NCBI GenBank assembly: GCA_038046625.1
Contig: JBBSVV010000003.1
Location: 4,017-68,016 of the forward strand
Direction of reading: 5' to 3'
DNA from: an archaeon
GTDB lineage: Archaea; Iainarchaeota; Iainarchaeia; Iainarchaeales; Iainarchaeaceae
Length of the DNA stretch: 64,000 bases
A program made the translations under genes and the position numbers. Shown here one piece after another: positions 8,910 through 18,191 of the stretch (the first letter of the stretch is position 1; each line of letters begins with the position of its first letter). The notes beneath the pieces were generated by a model. The model saw only the letters and a program-made list of their open reading frames with translations. It did not search any database and had not been told where the DNA came from.

Positions 8910-9662
8910 TTAAGTGTTTTGTTTTCTTCTCAAGATTCCGCGCTGGAAATCCGTTATGAGTATCATTGCTGCCGCGTTCGTGTCGGGTGCGCCGTGCTTG
9001 CGGAGCTTTTTGCGTGCGAACGCGATTTTTTCGAGCAGCTCTTCCCCGTCTTTTGCGGTTACCCCGTAGGTGTCGAGTATTTCCTCTTTTTTTGTTTCAA
9101 GCAGCACATCCGCGACATCTATGCCTGTTTCCTCGAGGTTCTTGAGCTGCTGCGCGTTTTTTGCGCAGAGCAGCGCAATGAGCGTTTCATCGTGCTCGTT
9201 GAACGGTATTACTCCCGGAGAGTCAATGAGCATTGTTTGTTTGTTGATTCTCACAAATTGTACGCCTCTTGTGAATCCGGCTGTGGGCGAGGTTCTCGCG
9301 CTTTTCCTTCCTGAGAGTGCGTTGATGATGCTGCTTTTTCCCGTGTTGGGATAACCAACTACGGCTATCTTGGTTTCGCCGGAACCGCTGAGTTTTCCAA
9401 GGGCTTCCTTGAGCCTCATTATGCCTTTCCTGTTTTTTGCGGAAACAAAAATGCTTCCCGGGAGCATGCTTTTTTCCTTTTTCATTGTGTTCAGGCTTGT
9501 GAGATCAGATTTGTTTATTACGCGGAGCAGCTTTTTTCCCTTTTCTTCAACGAGCCTTTCAAGGTGGATGTTGATGCTTTTCTGGGGGAAGCGCGCATCC
9601 AGGACCTCAATTATAATGTCCGCTTCCTTGACAAGATTTTTCACGATTTCAGAGTAGTTCAT
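8910..9662 (-). CDS. Circularly permuted GTPase, YlqF/RbgA family
   Basis: DAR, NKSD, VSAK, GYPNTGKSS, GFT, DSPG in permuted G4-G1-G3 order. Confidence 0.92.
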   Translation of the reverse strand: MNYSEIVKNLVKEADIIIEVLDARFPQKSINIHLERLVEEKGKKLLRVINKSDLTSLNTMKKEKSMLPGSIFVSAKNRKGIMRLKEALGKLSGSGETKIAVVGYPNTGKSSIINALSGRKSARTSPTAGFTRGVQFVRINKQTMLIDSPGVIPFNEHDETLIALLCAKNAQQLKNLEETGIDVADVLLETKKEEILDTYGVTAKDGEELLEKIAFARKKLRKHGAPDTNAAAMILITDFQRGILRRKQNT

Positions 9663-9744
9663 CCGCAGGTCACTACAACAAGAAATTTTGTCCGGTACTG
9701 GGCAAGGTCGAATGCATTGTGCTCGCTCCGCCCGCATTTTGAGT

Positions 9745-9975
9745 TCATTTAATTGCCCCCTTGATTATGTGTGCCGCGGCATTGAATAAGTATATGCCGC
9801 CGAGGATTATTATTGCGAACACAGCAACCACGCCTATTGGGTTTGCTTCGGAAAACAACCCGTTTTTGAGGAATGAGTTCTGCATCACGCCGTACAGCGC
9901 GAGGAGAATCATGCTTCCGAGAAGTGCGAGCAGCGCTATTGAAACCAAACTTATCTTTTTTGCCTGTTCAAGCAT
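9745..9975 (-). CDS. Small membrane protein
   Basis: Two hydrophobic helices, operon position. Confidence 0.6.
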   Translation of the reverse strand: MLEQAKKISLVSIALLALLGSMILLALYGVMQNSFLKNGLFSEANPIGVVAVFAIIILGGIYLFNAAAHIIKGAIK

Positions 9976-9980
9976 GTTCT

Positions 9981-10331
9981 CTAAAGCAATTTCAGGTCTT
10001 TCGTGAATTTATTGATTTCTGCTTCGGGAACAGGCCCTATTGCTATCGCGGTCGGCTCGCCAGCCTCGATTTGTGTCCTTCCAGCGTCCTTAATCAGTGC
10101 CGTGGGGAAGAGCTTTTTGAGTTTCTCGAACATTTCCAATAATTCCTTTTTGGAGTTGACTTTGAGCACAATTTTTGCCTGCCCGCTTTCCTTCCATTCC
10201 TCGACCCACTTTGGTTTTTCGCGCATGGTTTTTTCGTATGCCCCGAGCGAAGCATGTGAGCTCTGTGCGGCAATCTTCCCTGCGGACATGTTCAGGTCCT
10301 TTCGCACGATTATTACCTGCTTATAGTCCAT
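9981..10331 (-). CDS. pth2: Peptidyl-tRNA hydrolase Pth2
   Basis: KQVIIVRKDL.M..GKIAAQ..HA, GQAKIVLK, DAGRTQ, IGP motifs. Confidence 0.95.
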   Translation of the reverse strand: MDYKQVIIVRKDLNMSAGKIAAQSSHASLGAYEKTMREKPKWVEEWKESGQAKIVLKVNSKKELLEMFEKLKKLFPTALIKDAGRTQIEAGEPTAIAIGPVPEAEINKFTKDLKLL

Positions 10332-10409
10332 TCAGAATTCAACGCAAACAAAGAATATATACGTTAGCGTTGAAGGTATTGGAAAATAGGGTTGTGCTAG
10401 TTTTTTTGC

Positions 10410-10766
10410 CTATTGTGCAGAAATTATTTGGTTTATTGTGGTTATGAGTGATTCTAGTTTTGCTTTTTTTATTTTGCCTATTTTCTTTACGACAAGGGTC
10501 TTTTCTATTTTCAGGATGTTTTCGGCTTTTATGCAGCATTTGGAGTATAACTTCCCTTCTTCCAAGTCGGCGTTTAAAAGGCTTAGCGTATATTTTCCCC
10601 TGGAAATGTTTGATGTGATGCCTGCAACAAGGATGTCCTCTGAATGCCCGTTAAAATCCTCGTTGCTTATAACCGTGACCGGCCTCACCTTGTTTCCGGA
10701 CTGGTTCGAGAACGGAAACGGCACAAGCAGTAAGTCCCTCTGCATTATCAAAGGTACCGGCTCCAT
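10410..10766 (-). CDS. mazF: MazF/PemK-family toxin
   Basis: RDLLLVPFPFS...KVRPVTVISN...GITS motif. Confidence 0.88.
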   Translation of the reverse strand: MEPVPLIMQRDLLLVPFPFSNQSGNKVRPVTVISNEDFNGHSEDILVAGITSNISRGKYTLSLLNADLEEGKLYSKCCIKAENILKIEKTLVVKKIGKIKKAKLESLITTINQIISAQ

Positions 10767-10975
10767 TCTTTATTGTCCTTTTTGTTATTCCAGATTTTTT
10801 CCATGGATTTCTCCGCCATTACCATCCATCCGATTTTTTCCATGCGGTTTCTCTCGAGCTTCTCCATTATCAGGTTCCTGATGAATTCTGACTTGGACAG
10901 GTAATTCTTTTTTTTGATGAAATCCTCGAGTTCTGAGGCTTCATCTTCATGAAGTTTCACAGTTATAGTTTTCAT
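10748..10975 (-). CDS. Ribbon-helix-helix (CopG-like) antitoxin
   Basis: MKTITVKL...YLSKSEFIR; C-terminal KIWNN..D.EW; overlaps toxin start. Confidence 0.82.
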   Translation of the reverse strand: MKTITVKLHEDEASELEDFIKKKNYLSKSEFIRNLIMEKLERNRMEKIGWMVMAEKSMEKIWNNKKDNKEWSRYL

Positions 10976-11017
10976 AGTAATCTTTGGGGATTACTTATTT
11001 AAATAGCTTTCTAAACT

Positions 11018-11095
11018 CTATTGCTGGTGCGGCGCGATTTTTCCCTTGCCCATTCCGAGGTCGGTGCGCACAATGATTACTTGCTTGTAGTCCAT
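11018..11095 (-). pseudogene. Orphaned 5' fragment of pth2
   Basis: Reads MDYKQVIIVRTDLGMGKGKIAPHQQ* versus intact MDYKQVIIVRKDLNMSAGKIAAQ; TTAAAT box about 25 nt upstream. Confidence 0.9.
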
Positions 11096-11149
11096 GCAAA
11101 AGAATTGCCTGAATGTGAATTTAAGGTTTTGCAGAGCGTAAGCTTCGGA

Positions 11150-11860
11150 TTATTCCAGTTTCCAGTAAATCCTTCTGTTCTCCGCGCCTTTGTTCTTGAA
11201 TCCCGTGATTTTGAGTTTCCCGATTTCTTTTGTGTTGTGCACGTGCGTTCCGCCGTCCGCCTGCACGTCAAGAGTTCCTATTGAAACTATTCTCAGGGTT
11301 GGAATGTTTTTCGGCAGAACGTCCTTGAGCCTGAATAATTCAGGGCGCTGCAGCGCCTTTTCGCGTTCCTCATACGCAAGGGTAATTTCAAGGCTTTTCT
11401 GTATCGCTTCATTCGCTTTGTGCTCGAACGTTTTCAATAATTCGCGGTCGAATTCAGGCACGTTGAAATCCATTCTTGATTCTTCTTCGCCGAGCTGGTT
11501 TCCCGTGATGAGTGCGCCGATTTCCCTGTTGATTACAGCCGCCAAAATGTGCGCGGAAGTGTGCATGCGCATGTACCTATATCTTTTCTCCCAATCAAGG
11601 ATGCATTTCACTTTGTCGCCTTCTTTCAATCCGTGCTCCGAAACCTCATGGGAAATTTCTTCGGGGAACTGCTTCGCAAAAACCATTTCGTATTCCTTTG
11701 CGTTGCTGAAGGTTATTTTTCCGGTATCCGAGGGCTGTCCCCCGCCCTGCGGATAGAAAATTGTTTTGTCTAGAACAACGAATTTTCCGTCGGTTACTTT
11801 GAGCACGGTTGCATCGCATTCTTTCGAGTAGGAATCGTCGAGGTAAATTTTTTGCGTCAT
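11150..11860 (-). CDS. alaXM: Alanyl-tRNA editing protein AlaX-M
   Basis: FYPQGGGQPSDTG, MRMHTSAH, DGGTHV motifs. Confidence 0.92.
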   Translation of the reverse strand: MTQKIYLDDSYSKECDATVLKVTDGKFVVLDKTIFYPQGGGQPSDTGKITFSNAKEYEMVFAKQFPEEISHEVSEHGLKEGDKVKCILDWEKRYRYMRMHTSAHILAAVINREIGALITGNQLGEEESRMDFNVPEFDRELLKTFEHKANEAIQKSLEITLAYEEREKALQRPELFRLKDVLPKNIPTLRIVSIGTLDVQADGGTHVHNTKEIGKLKITGFKNKGAENRRIYWKLE

Positions 11861-12303
11861 TTTTTTCTCCTGCGTGTTATTAGTTTAGGTGCTGGCGGTG
11901 TGGGCCCAGGCTTTGTTGGAGGCTTTGGGATTTCCTTTTTCAAATGATTTGTTGTTCTGAGGTACATTTGCCTGAGTGCGGGATTATATCCCCATTTGTT
12001 GATTATTAGCAAAAACTTGTTTGCTATTAGTGGTTTGAGAACTTCCCGGGTTTGGTGAGTCAAGTGCCCGTTTTCATGCAATTCCATGATTTTGCCCAGG
12101 TAGGCAAATTCGAGGCTTCGTTCCTGGCGTTCGCGGTCTGCTTCTTCTGATTCTTTGATTTTGTCGCGGAGTTCAGAGTATTTGCCGATAAGTCCCGTGA
12201 AATTCGGCACCATGCCATAATCTGTGCCATTGACTATTTGTGGTTTAACTACAGGCGTTCTTCTAAGCTCCCTGATTTTCCTGAGGAACTCTGCCCTGTC
12301 CAT
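11857..12303 (-). CDS. Hypothetical protein with Pro-rich basic tail
   Basis: 148-aa ORF with ATGA overlap on alaX start. Confidence 0.55.
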   Translation of the reverse strand: MDRAEFLRKIRELRRTPVVKPQIVNGTDYGMVPNFTGLIGKYSELRDKIKESEEADRERQERSLEFAYLGKIMELHENGHLTHQTREVLKPLIANKFLLIINKWGYNPALRQMYLRTTNHLKKEIPKPPTKPGPTPPAPKLITRRRKK

Positions 12304-12345
12304 AAGAATCAGTCGTGGCGGAAAATCAGTTTAAATGAAATGCCT

Positions 12346-12744
12346 TCACTCTTCGCTTCCGTTTGTTTGTATTTCTATTTCCCGGGCTTCCTCTTTTGCT
12401 TCGCGGGGCTCCGGCGCGGCTATCCCTTTATAGGTGATTATTTTGGTTACTCCCCTTTCACCCCAGAGGTAGGCTATGCTTTGCTCTTCGCCCCTGGAAA
12501 GGGACAGTGTTTTTCCTTTTGCCTGGTCGTTCCCCTCTTTAAGTGTGAATAGCCTGCTGTACTCGAGCTTTGCGTTGTCCCCGGCAATGCTCAGGACCTT
12601 GAAAACGTGCTCGTGGTTCCCGTTTCCCATTACCTGGTCGAATTCCTCTTCGTTGTCCGCGGTGTAGGAAATTGTCTCTATTTTCTTTTTGAACGGGGGC
12701 CGCCAGTCCGATTCAATGGTTTTTACCTGAAAAACAGCTTTCAT
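12346..12744 (-). CDS. Hypothetical protein
   Basis: Likely start MKAVFQVK; upstream extension is repeat-derived. Confidence 0.65.
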   Translation of the reverse strand: MKAVFQVKTIESDWRPPFKKKIETISYTADNEEEFDQVMGNGNHEHVFKVLSIAGDNAKLEYSRLFTLKEGNDQAKGKTLSLSRGEEQSIAYLWGERGVTKIITYKGIAAPEPREAKEEAREIEIQTNGSEE

Positions 12745-12799
12745 GCTATTTACTAAGTTCTTCATCGTATAAAAAACTTTTGCTGTTTTCGCACCGGCA

Positions 12800-12853
12800 C
12801 GCCGGAAACCGCCGGCGGTACGGTGTACTATCTTCGCCTTTGGGCTCGATAGT
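12800..12853 (+). repeat. Family A structured element
   Basis: CGCCGGAAACCGCCGGCGGTA...CTATCTTCGCC-tttg-GGCTCGATAGT; flanked by GCACCGGCA direct repeats (12791, 12863). Confidence 0.85.
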
Positions 12854-12917
12854 CCATGCTCCGCACCGGCAACCACCCCCTATATGGTTTTAAAAGCCTC
12901 GAAGATTTGCTTCTTTT

Positions 12918-14009
12918 ATGGGCATAACTTCCGTGATTGACGGCGCGGTTCAGGCAATCCATGATACTGAGAAGCGCAAGGCCCTTGTTTCTGAAAAGCT
13001 CCTGCCCCTCAAAAAAGATTCGGTTTCTTTCGAGTCGCATGAAATACCAGAGAAGCGCCTCTCGTTTCCCGTTTCCAGGTGGGTTCCGAATGGTTTGGTC
13101 GGGGGCGTTGACTCTGGCTTTGTTGCGAAGAGGCTTGCTTCGGTTGACCTGGTTTTGATCCGCGCAATGGGCGTGGTTTTCAGTTACGAGAACGGAATTG
13201 TGAAAAAAACCGATTATTTTCCAGGTTATTTCAGGTTTCCAGAGCCTCACTTGAGCAATAATGCTTTGGAGGAGGATGAGGCCGAACAGTCAAAGTCACT
13301 GATGCGGCTTTATGAGGAAGTGAATGCCACAAAAACAATTATCAAGGAGCACAAGCCGAAGTACTGCTTCATCGACGGCTCGATTGTGCCGCAGTACCAG
13401 GACAAGCCGCGCAAGGAATCAAAGTTAACAAAAAATTATGTTGACATAATCAAGGAGTTCGAGTCACTGTATGGGCTCGCGGAGGAAAATAACTGCACTT
13501 TGATTGCGACCGTCGAGGATTCGCGTGGCTCGAGGTTTCGCGGAATTATCCAGGATGTTGTTCTCGCGAAAGAGCCTCTTGTTGAAAAGCGCCAATTGGA
13601 CGGATTGTTTGATTCCTCTTTGCTGGATTATTTTTTGTCAGTCGGCGAACGCACTTGTGCTTTCACTTACACGCAGAACATAAAGCAGCATCCCGTGCTT
13701 CACGATTTTTCCGAGTCCTGGAGCCACAGGATTTATTGCCTTTACATCAAGCCCACCCCGTTCGACAAGCCTTTGCGCGTTGAATTCATTTCGAAGGGCG
13801 ATTTGAAGAAGGAGGCCGATGAGGTTGCTTCGGTTGCGTTTGCCCTGAGTTCTTTGCATCGCGAGTATGCGTATCCTTCTGTCCTGATTGAGGCGGACTT
13901 CCACGCGAAACTGAAGCAGGATGAGATTGAGATTGTTTACAACAAGATAATGGACAAGCTCGGTGCTTCCGTGAAATTGAAGATGAGGCGCGACAACAGG
14001 CCGTTCTGA
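12918..14009 (+). CDS. nurA: NurA 5'-3' nuclease
   Basis: GVDSG, FIDGSI, YAYPSVLIEADFHAK motifs; upstream of herA. Confidence 0.9.
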   Translation: MGITSVIDGAVQAIHDTEKRKALVSEKLLPLKKDSVSFESHEIPEKRLSFPVSRWVPNGLVGGVDSGFVAKRLASVDLVLIRAMGVVFSYENGIVKKTDYFPGYFRFPEPHLSNNALEEDEAEQSKSLMRLYEEVNATKTIIKEHKPKYCFIDGSIVPQYQDKPRKESKLTKNYVDIIKEFESLYGLAEENNCTLIATVEDSRGSRFRGIIQDVVLAKEPLVEKRQLDGLFDSSLLDYFLSVGERTCAFTYTQNIKQHPVLHDFSESWSHRIYCLYIKPTPFDKPLRVEFISKGDLKKEADEVASVAFALSSLHREYAYPSVLIEADFHAKLKQDEIEIVYNKIMDKLGASVKLKMRRDNRPF

Positions 14010-14057
14010 GGTAAGAAATATATAGTAAAAAGTAAGAAATGTGTATGGTGATGTAAG

Positions 14058-14312
14058 ATGGCAAAGACAGTGCTTTCATCGAAGGGGCAGCTTATTCTTC
14101 CTGCGGAATTCAGGGAAAGACGCAAAGTGCTGCCTGGAACTGAGTTTTCGGTTCAGGAACTGCCGGGCGGCGGGTACATGTTTATTCCCATTCCAAAGGA
14201 CCCTATAAAGGCCCTCAGGGGAATTGCAAAACACTTGGATATTTCTTCAAGCGATATAAAAAAGATGAGGCGGGAAGATGATAGGCGAAGAGAGAAAAAG
14301 CTTGGTTTTTGA
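14058..14312 (+). CDS. AbrB/MazE-type antitoxin (VapB)
   Basis: SSKGQLILPAEFRE...PGTEF motif. Confidence 0.88.
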   Translation: MAKTVLSSKGQLILPAEFRERRKVLPGTEFSVQELPGGGYMFIPIPKDPIKALRGIAKHLDISSSDIKKMRREDDRRREKKLGF

Positions 14313-14676
14313 CACATCGGCCATGATAAAGTATGCCAAGGATGAAGAGGGTAGCGCCAAGGTAGGCGAGTTATTCAAAAAGCATGAGTGCATTGCCAGT
14401 TCCATAAGCGCGTTTGAGATAGTCCATAAGATGGGGAGGGAAGACATAAGGGCTGCACTCTTATCAATCGCCTTTTTCGAGGAATTCTTCATTTTCATCT
14501 CTCCTGATTATGGGTTGGCAAAGAGGGCGGCTATTCTAAAATTGAAATATCCTCAGGCAAACCTTTCAATGGCGGACGCGATAATAATTCAAACCGCAGC
14601 AGAAAGAAATGCCCGCATTGTCACGTGCGACAAAGAATGGAGAGTTGTAAAAGAGGCAGAAATAGAAATAATCTGA
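14278..14676 (+). CDS. vapC: PIN-domain toxin VapC
   Basis: VFDTSA, AFE, LSMADAII, IVTCDKE acidic PIN residues. Confidence 0.88.
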   Translation: MIGEERKSLVFDTSAMIKYAKDEEGSAKVGELFKKHECIASSISAFEIVHKMGREDIRAALLSIAFFEEFFIFISPDYGLAKRAAILKLKYPQANLSMADAIIIQTAAERNARIVTCDKEWRVVKEAEIEII

Positions 14677-14699
14677 CTTGGTTTTTTTGGTGTGTTGAA

Positions 14700-14813
14700 A
14701 TGATTTGCCCGAAGTGCGGTTCAAGCGAGATGGAGAAGATGCTCACAAAGGGAATCCAGTTCCGCTGCAGGGTCTGCGGTTACAGGGGCCCGATGAGTGG
14801 TGATTTTTCGTGA
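14700..14813 (+). CDS. Small zinc-ribbon protein (37 aa)
   Basis: MICPKCGS...CRVCGY; GGTG SD. Confidence 0.65.
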   Translation: MICPKCGSSEMEKMLTKGIQFRCRVCGYRGPMSGDFS

Positions 14814-15004
14814 AGCGGGATTCAAAGAAGATTGTGAAGTTCTGTTCCCGCTGCGGCTCAACGGATTTGAAGCCGCTTTATTTCATGGAAGCAATCGACA
14901 ATAGAATGCAGTGCATGGGCTGCAATGTGATTGAATTCCCTGTTGAGGGCACTGAAAAGTTTCGGAAAGAATTTTTGGAGGGAAGTAAAAATGCCGGCAA
15001 ATAA
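14810..15004 (+). CDS. Small zinc-ribbon protein
   Basis: CSRCGS...CMGC; GTGA overlap with previous ORF. Confidence 0.6.
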   Translation: MKRDSKKIVKFCSRCGSTDLKPLYFMEAIDNRMQCMGCNVIEFPVEGTEKFRKEFLEGSKNAGK

Positions 15005-18000
15005 CGAGGAAATCGGCACGGTAATAAGCAGCATGGATGGCCCTTCGCCGAGCGCATTGGATGTTGTTATTTATTCCGGAAAATTGCACCGCGGCCAGTT
15101 CGTTGAATTGGATTACAGTGAAGGAACCCTGGTTGCGCTTGTAACCGATGTAGTGAAAACAAACAGGTATTTTGAGCGCGTTGAATCCGTGAAGGAGTTC
15201 GAGCGTTCCGGCACGAAATTGTTCGAGCAGTTTCCTACTGCGGAGTGGGAATACCTTGTTGCAAAAACAAGGCCGCTTGGAGTTTATGATAAGGGCTTGA
15301 TTAAGCGCTCGACTTTTCCGCCTTCACCGGGCACAAAGGTTCGGGTTGCGGAGAAGGAAACGCTTGAAAAGTTTTTGGGCCTTGACCTTGAAAAGGGTTT
15401 GATGCTTGGGGAAATCGAGCACCACGGGGTTTTTGTGAAATTAAATCTCTCCCGCCTTTTCCAGAAGCATCTTGCGATTCTCGCAATGAGCGGCGCCGGG
15501 AAAAGCTATTTGGTTTCTGTTTTGCTCGAGGAATTGTTGGAGAGGAAGAAGGAGGATGGGCGCCTCGCTGTGATTGTGATGGACGCGCACGGCGAATACC
15601 GTTCTTTTGCCGAGCCTGTTCCCGACAAGAAGCACAGCGATTTTTCCTCAAAATCCAGGTTTGTGCGCGCCTCGGAAATCCAGATTGGTGTCCCAAAGCT
15701 TTCAATCGGTTTGCTTGCCGCGCTGATTCCTGGCCTTTCGGCGCCGCAGAAGCGTGACCTCGCAAGGGTTATTGAAAGATTGCGCAAGGAAATGAAAGAT
15801 GGCCTCGGGCCCTTTGACTTCAATGCGGTAAAGGCGGAGATTATGAAGGATTCTGAAATGAAGGAAGTAACAAAGATGTCTCTAATTGGGTGGATAATGT
15901 CCCTCGAGCAGCTTCACTTGTTTGGCAAGACTGATGCGCCCGGAATCAGCGATTTGGTGAAGCCGGGGCAGCTTACAATAATTGATTTGAGCGACGTGAT
16001 TGACCTTAAGAAGAAGCAGATTATTGTCGCGTATTATGCGCGCAAACTTTTTGATGAGAGGCGCGCAAAGCGTGTTCCTCCTTTCAGTATTGTTGTCGAG
16101 GAAGCGCATCAGTTCGCACCAGAAAGGGTTTCAAAAGAAGGTTCCATCAGCAAGCACGTGATTGAAACCATTGCCAGAGAAGGAAGGAAGTTCGGTGCGA
16201 GCATCTGTCTGATTTCGCAGAGGCCGGTTAACCTTTCAACTACGGCTTTGAGCCAGTGTGTTTCACCAGAAACTCAAGTGATTCTTTCAGACGGGCAGGA
16301 GTGTGCCATATCAGATTTCGAAAATAATTATTCCAAGACAAAATTAACAAGCTGCGATATTGAGAAAGGCAAATTGGAAGGGGCATATATTTCGCATTAT
16401 CAAAAAAATAATCCAAAGCAACAGGGGAAAAAATGCTTTGAAATAACTACTGTCGCAGGAAGACAATTAAAATGTACAGGCGACCACCCAATTTGGACAA
16501 AGGGAAAAGGATGGGTTAATGCGGCGGATTTAACTTTCAGCGATAAGGTGGCTATATTGCCGACAATTAAATCATATCCAGGGACTCCTGTTCTTGAAAT
16601 ATCTTCTGACTGCCTATCAGGTCTACTGCCTTCAACAATTAACAAGCAAAGATTGTTTGAAGAATTACAAGAAAAAGGTTTAATAGATAAAGAAATAGAA
16701 CCTCAAAAGATATTGGCTTTGGCGAGGCTCATCGGCCATATTTTTGGCGACGGTTCCCTGCATCCGCCTTACAAAAACAAACAGGGGCAGCATTCGCTGC
16801 GAATTACATTTTCAGGTTCGGAAGAAGATTTGCAGGAAATAAAAAACGATTTGGCATTTCTAGGCTTTAAGTCTGATCAAAAAATAAGCAGGCAAGTCAA
16901 AACTTCATATTCAAACTTTGTAAATTTTGGAAAAAGAAAAATTCACGGAACCTCAATATGTTTCAAAACTGGCATTGTAGGGCTTTGGGCTATTTTAAGA
17001 TTTTTGGGAGCTCCATTAGGGGATAAATCAAACACTAAAGTTTGTATGCCTAAGTGGATTTTAGATTCTCATATTTCCGTCAAAAGGGAATTCCTCTCAT
17101 CTTTGTGCGGAAGCGAATGTTCTGCGATAAGGTGGGACGGAAAATATCCTGATAGGCCTATTCTCCCATTTTCCAAGGTTGAATCGTTAAGCGGGAGCGG
17201 GCATTTGTATGCAAATAGTCTTATTTCTATGTTTCAAGATTTTGGAGTCAAGTCAAACTTATATGTAAGAGATTATGTGTGGAGAAAAGATGGCGCAAAA
17301 AGTCTGCAATTTATTATTTCGATAAATAGGTCGCGAAATAATTTGATTAATTTCTTGTCAAATGTTAACTATCGTTATGCTGTTAAAAAAAGAAGTGCGG
17401 GTTTGCATGTCTTAGAATATTTAAAATGGCTCAACATAAAACTTAATCAGAAAACAGGGCTGTTCAGCGAAGTAAATAAATCTGTCGGCGAAGTTGGTTC
17501 CAAGCAAACTTCATTGATTTATAAAATGCATAAGAAAGTTGTTGAAAACTGGGCAAGTATGGGTGTTGAAAAGTTACGACTCGCCCCGGCAGATAAAATA
17601 CCCGCTTATTCGTATTGGATAAAAGAAAAAACAGAGTCTCTTTCGGCTGGTTTAATTTGGGACGATGTAGAATATATTGAGCCCATTGTGCTTTCTGACG
17701 TAAGAGATATAACTGTTCCAAATCATCATTGTTTTTTTGCTAACGGATTTTTGACCCATAACTGCAACACCCACATTATTCTCCGTGTTACTAATCCTTA
17801 TGATTTGGACCACATCAAGCAGACCAGCGAGGGCATTGACCAAAGGACTGTTGACATGATTACTTCTCTCAGAACAGGCGAAGCCATAATTGTGGGCGAA
17901 GCCGTGAATTATCCCGTGTTTTTCAAGGTGCGCAAAAAAACCGTGCAGGATTCGCGGCACGAAAAGTCCCTCGAGGCTTCCGCTCTGGAGTTTGAGGAGA

Positions 18001-18041
18001 ACCGCGAGGAAAGGACAAAAGAACTTGATGATTTGCTGTGA
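14991..18041 (+). CDS. herA: HerA helicase/ATPase containing an intein
   Basis: HAS-barrel N-terminus, HLAILAMSGAGKS, DAHGEY, EEAHQFAP, REGRKFG, SQRP; downstream of nurA. Confidence 0.92.
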   Translation: MPANNEEIGTVISSMDGPSPSALDVVIYSGKLHRGQFVELDYSEGTLVALVTDVVKTNRYFERVESVKEFERSGTKLFEQFPTAEWEYLVAKTRPLGVYDKGLIKRSTFPPSPGTKVRVAEKETLEKFLGLDLEKGLMLGEIEHHGVFVKLNLSRLFQKHLAILAMSGAGKSYLVSVLLEELLERKKEDGRLAVIVMDAHGEYRSFAEPVPDKKHSDFSSKSRFVRASEIQIGVPKLSIGLLAALIPGLSAPQKRDLARVIERLRKEMKDGLGPFDFNAVKAEIMKDSEMKEVTKMSLIGWIMSLEQLHLFGKTDAPGISDLVKPGQLTIIDLSDVIDLKKKQIIVAYYARKLFDERRAKRVPPFSIVVEEAHQFAPERVSKEGSISKHVIETIAREGRKFGASICLISQRPVNLSTTALSQCVSPETQVILSDGQECAISDFENNYSKTKLTSCDIEKGKLEGAYISHYQKNNPKQQGKKCFEITTVAGRQLKCTGDHPIWTKGKGWVNAADLTFSDKVAILPTIKSYPGTPVLEISSDCLSGLLPSTINKQRLFEELQEKGLIDKEIEPQKILALARLIGHIFGDGSLHPPYKNKQGQHSLRITFSGSEEDLQEIKNDLAFLGFKSDQKISRQVKTSYSNFVNFGKRKIHGTSICFKTGIVGLWAILRFLGAPLGDKSNTKVCMPKWILDSHISVKREFLSSLCGSECSAIRWDGKYPDRPILPFSKVESLSGSGHLYANSLISMFQDFGVKSNLYVRDYVWRKDGAKSLQFIISINRSRNNLINFLSNVNYRYAVKKRSAGLHVLEYLKWLNIKLNQKTGLFSEVNKSVGEVGSKQTSLIYKMHKKVVENWASMGVEKLRLAPADKIPAYSYWIKEKTESLSAGLIWDDVEYIEPIVLSDVRDITVPNHHCFFANGFLTHNCNTHIILRVTNPYDLDHIKQTSEGIDQRTVDMITSLRTGEAIIVGEAVNYPVFFKVRKKTVQDSRHEKSLEASALEFEENREERTKELDDLL
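16257..17762 (+). mobile_element. Intein (502 aa) with LAGLIDADG domain in HerA
   Basis: ALSQ|CVSPET...TGDHPIW...LIGHIFGDG...VRDITV..HHCFFANGFLTHN|CNTH; AT-rich relative to flanks. Confidence 0.95.
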
Positions 18042-18191
18042 TCATCGTTCTGAAGTTTTCTGCCCGGACTTTTTTGCTGCATAAAATTTATTCATGAATT
18101 GAGTTTGTGTGCAACCTGTTGTCCTTCAGCTCCGCACCGGCAATGTGCCCCCCTTCAAAATCGCTTTTAAAGCCGGAATCCAAACTCCTGT

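Noticed and set aside
12745..12876. N-terminal extensions in the ORF track (also 8101-8229, 46686-46796, 60468-60596)
   Set aside because: Read-through of repeat elements or promoters; better starts with SD or TATA lie downstream
14010..14700. Flanking duplication around vapBC
   Set aside because: Only SD-like similarity; no duplicated gene end found
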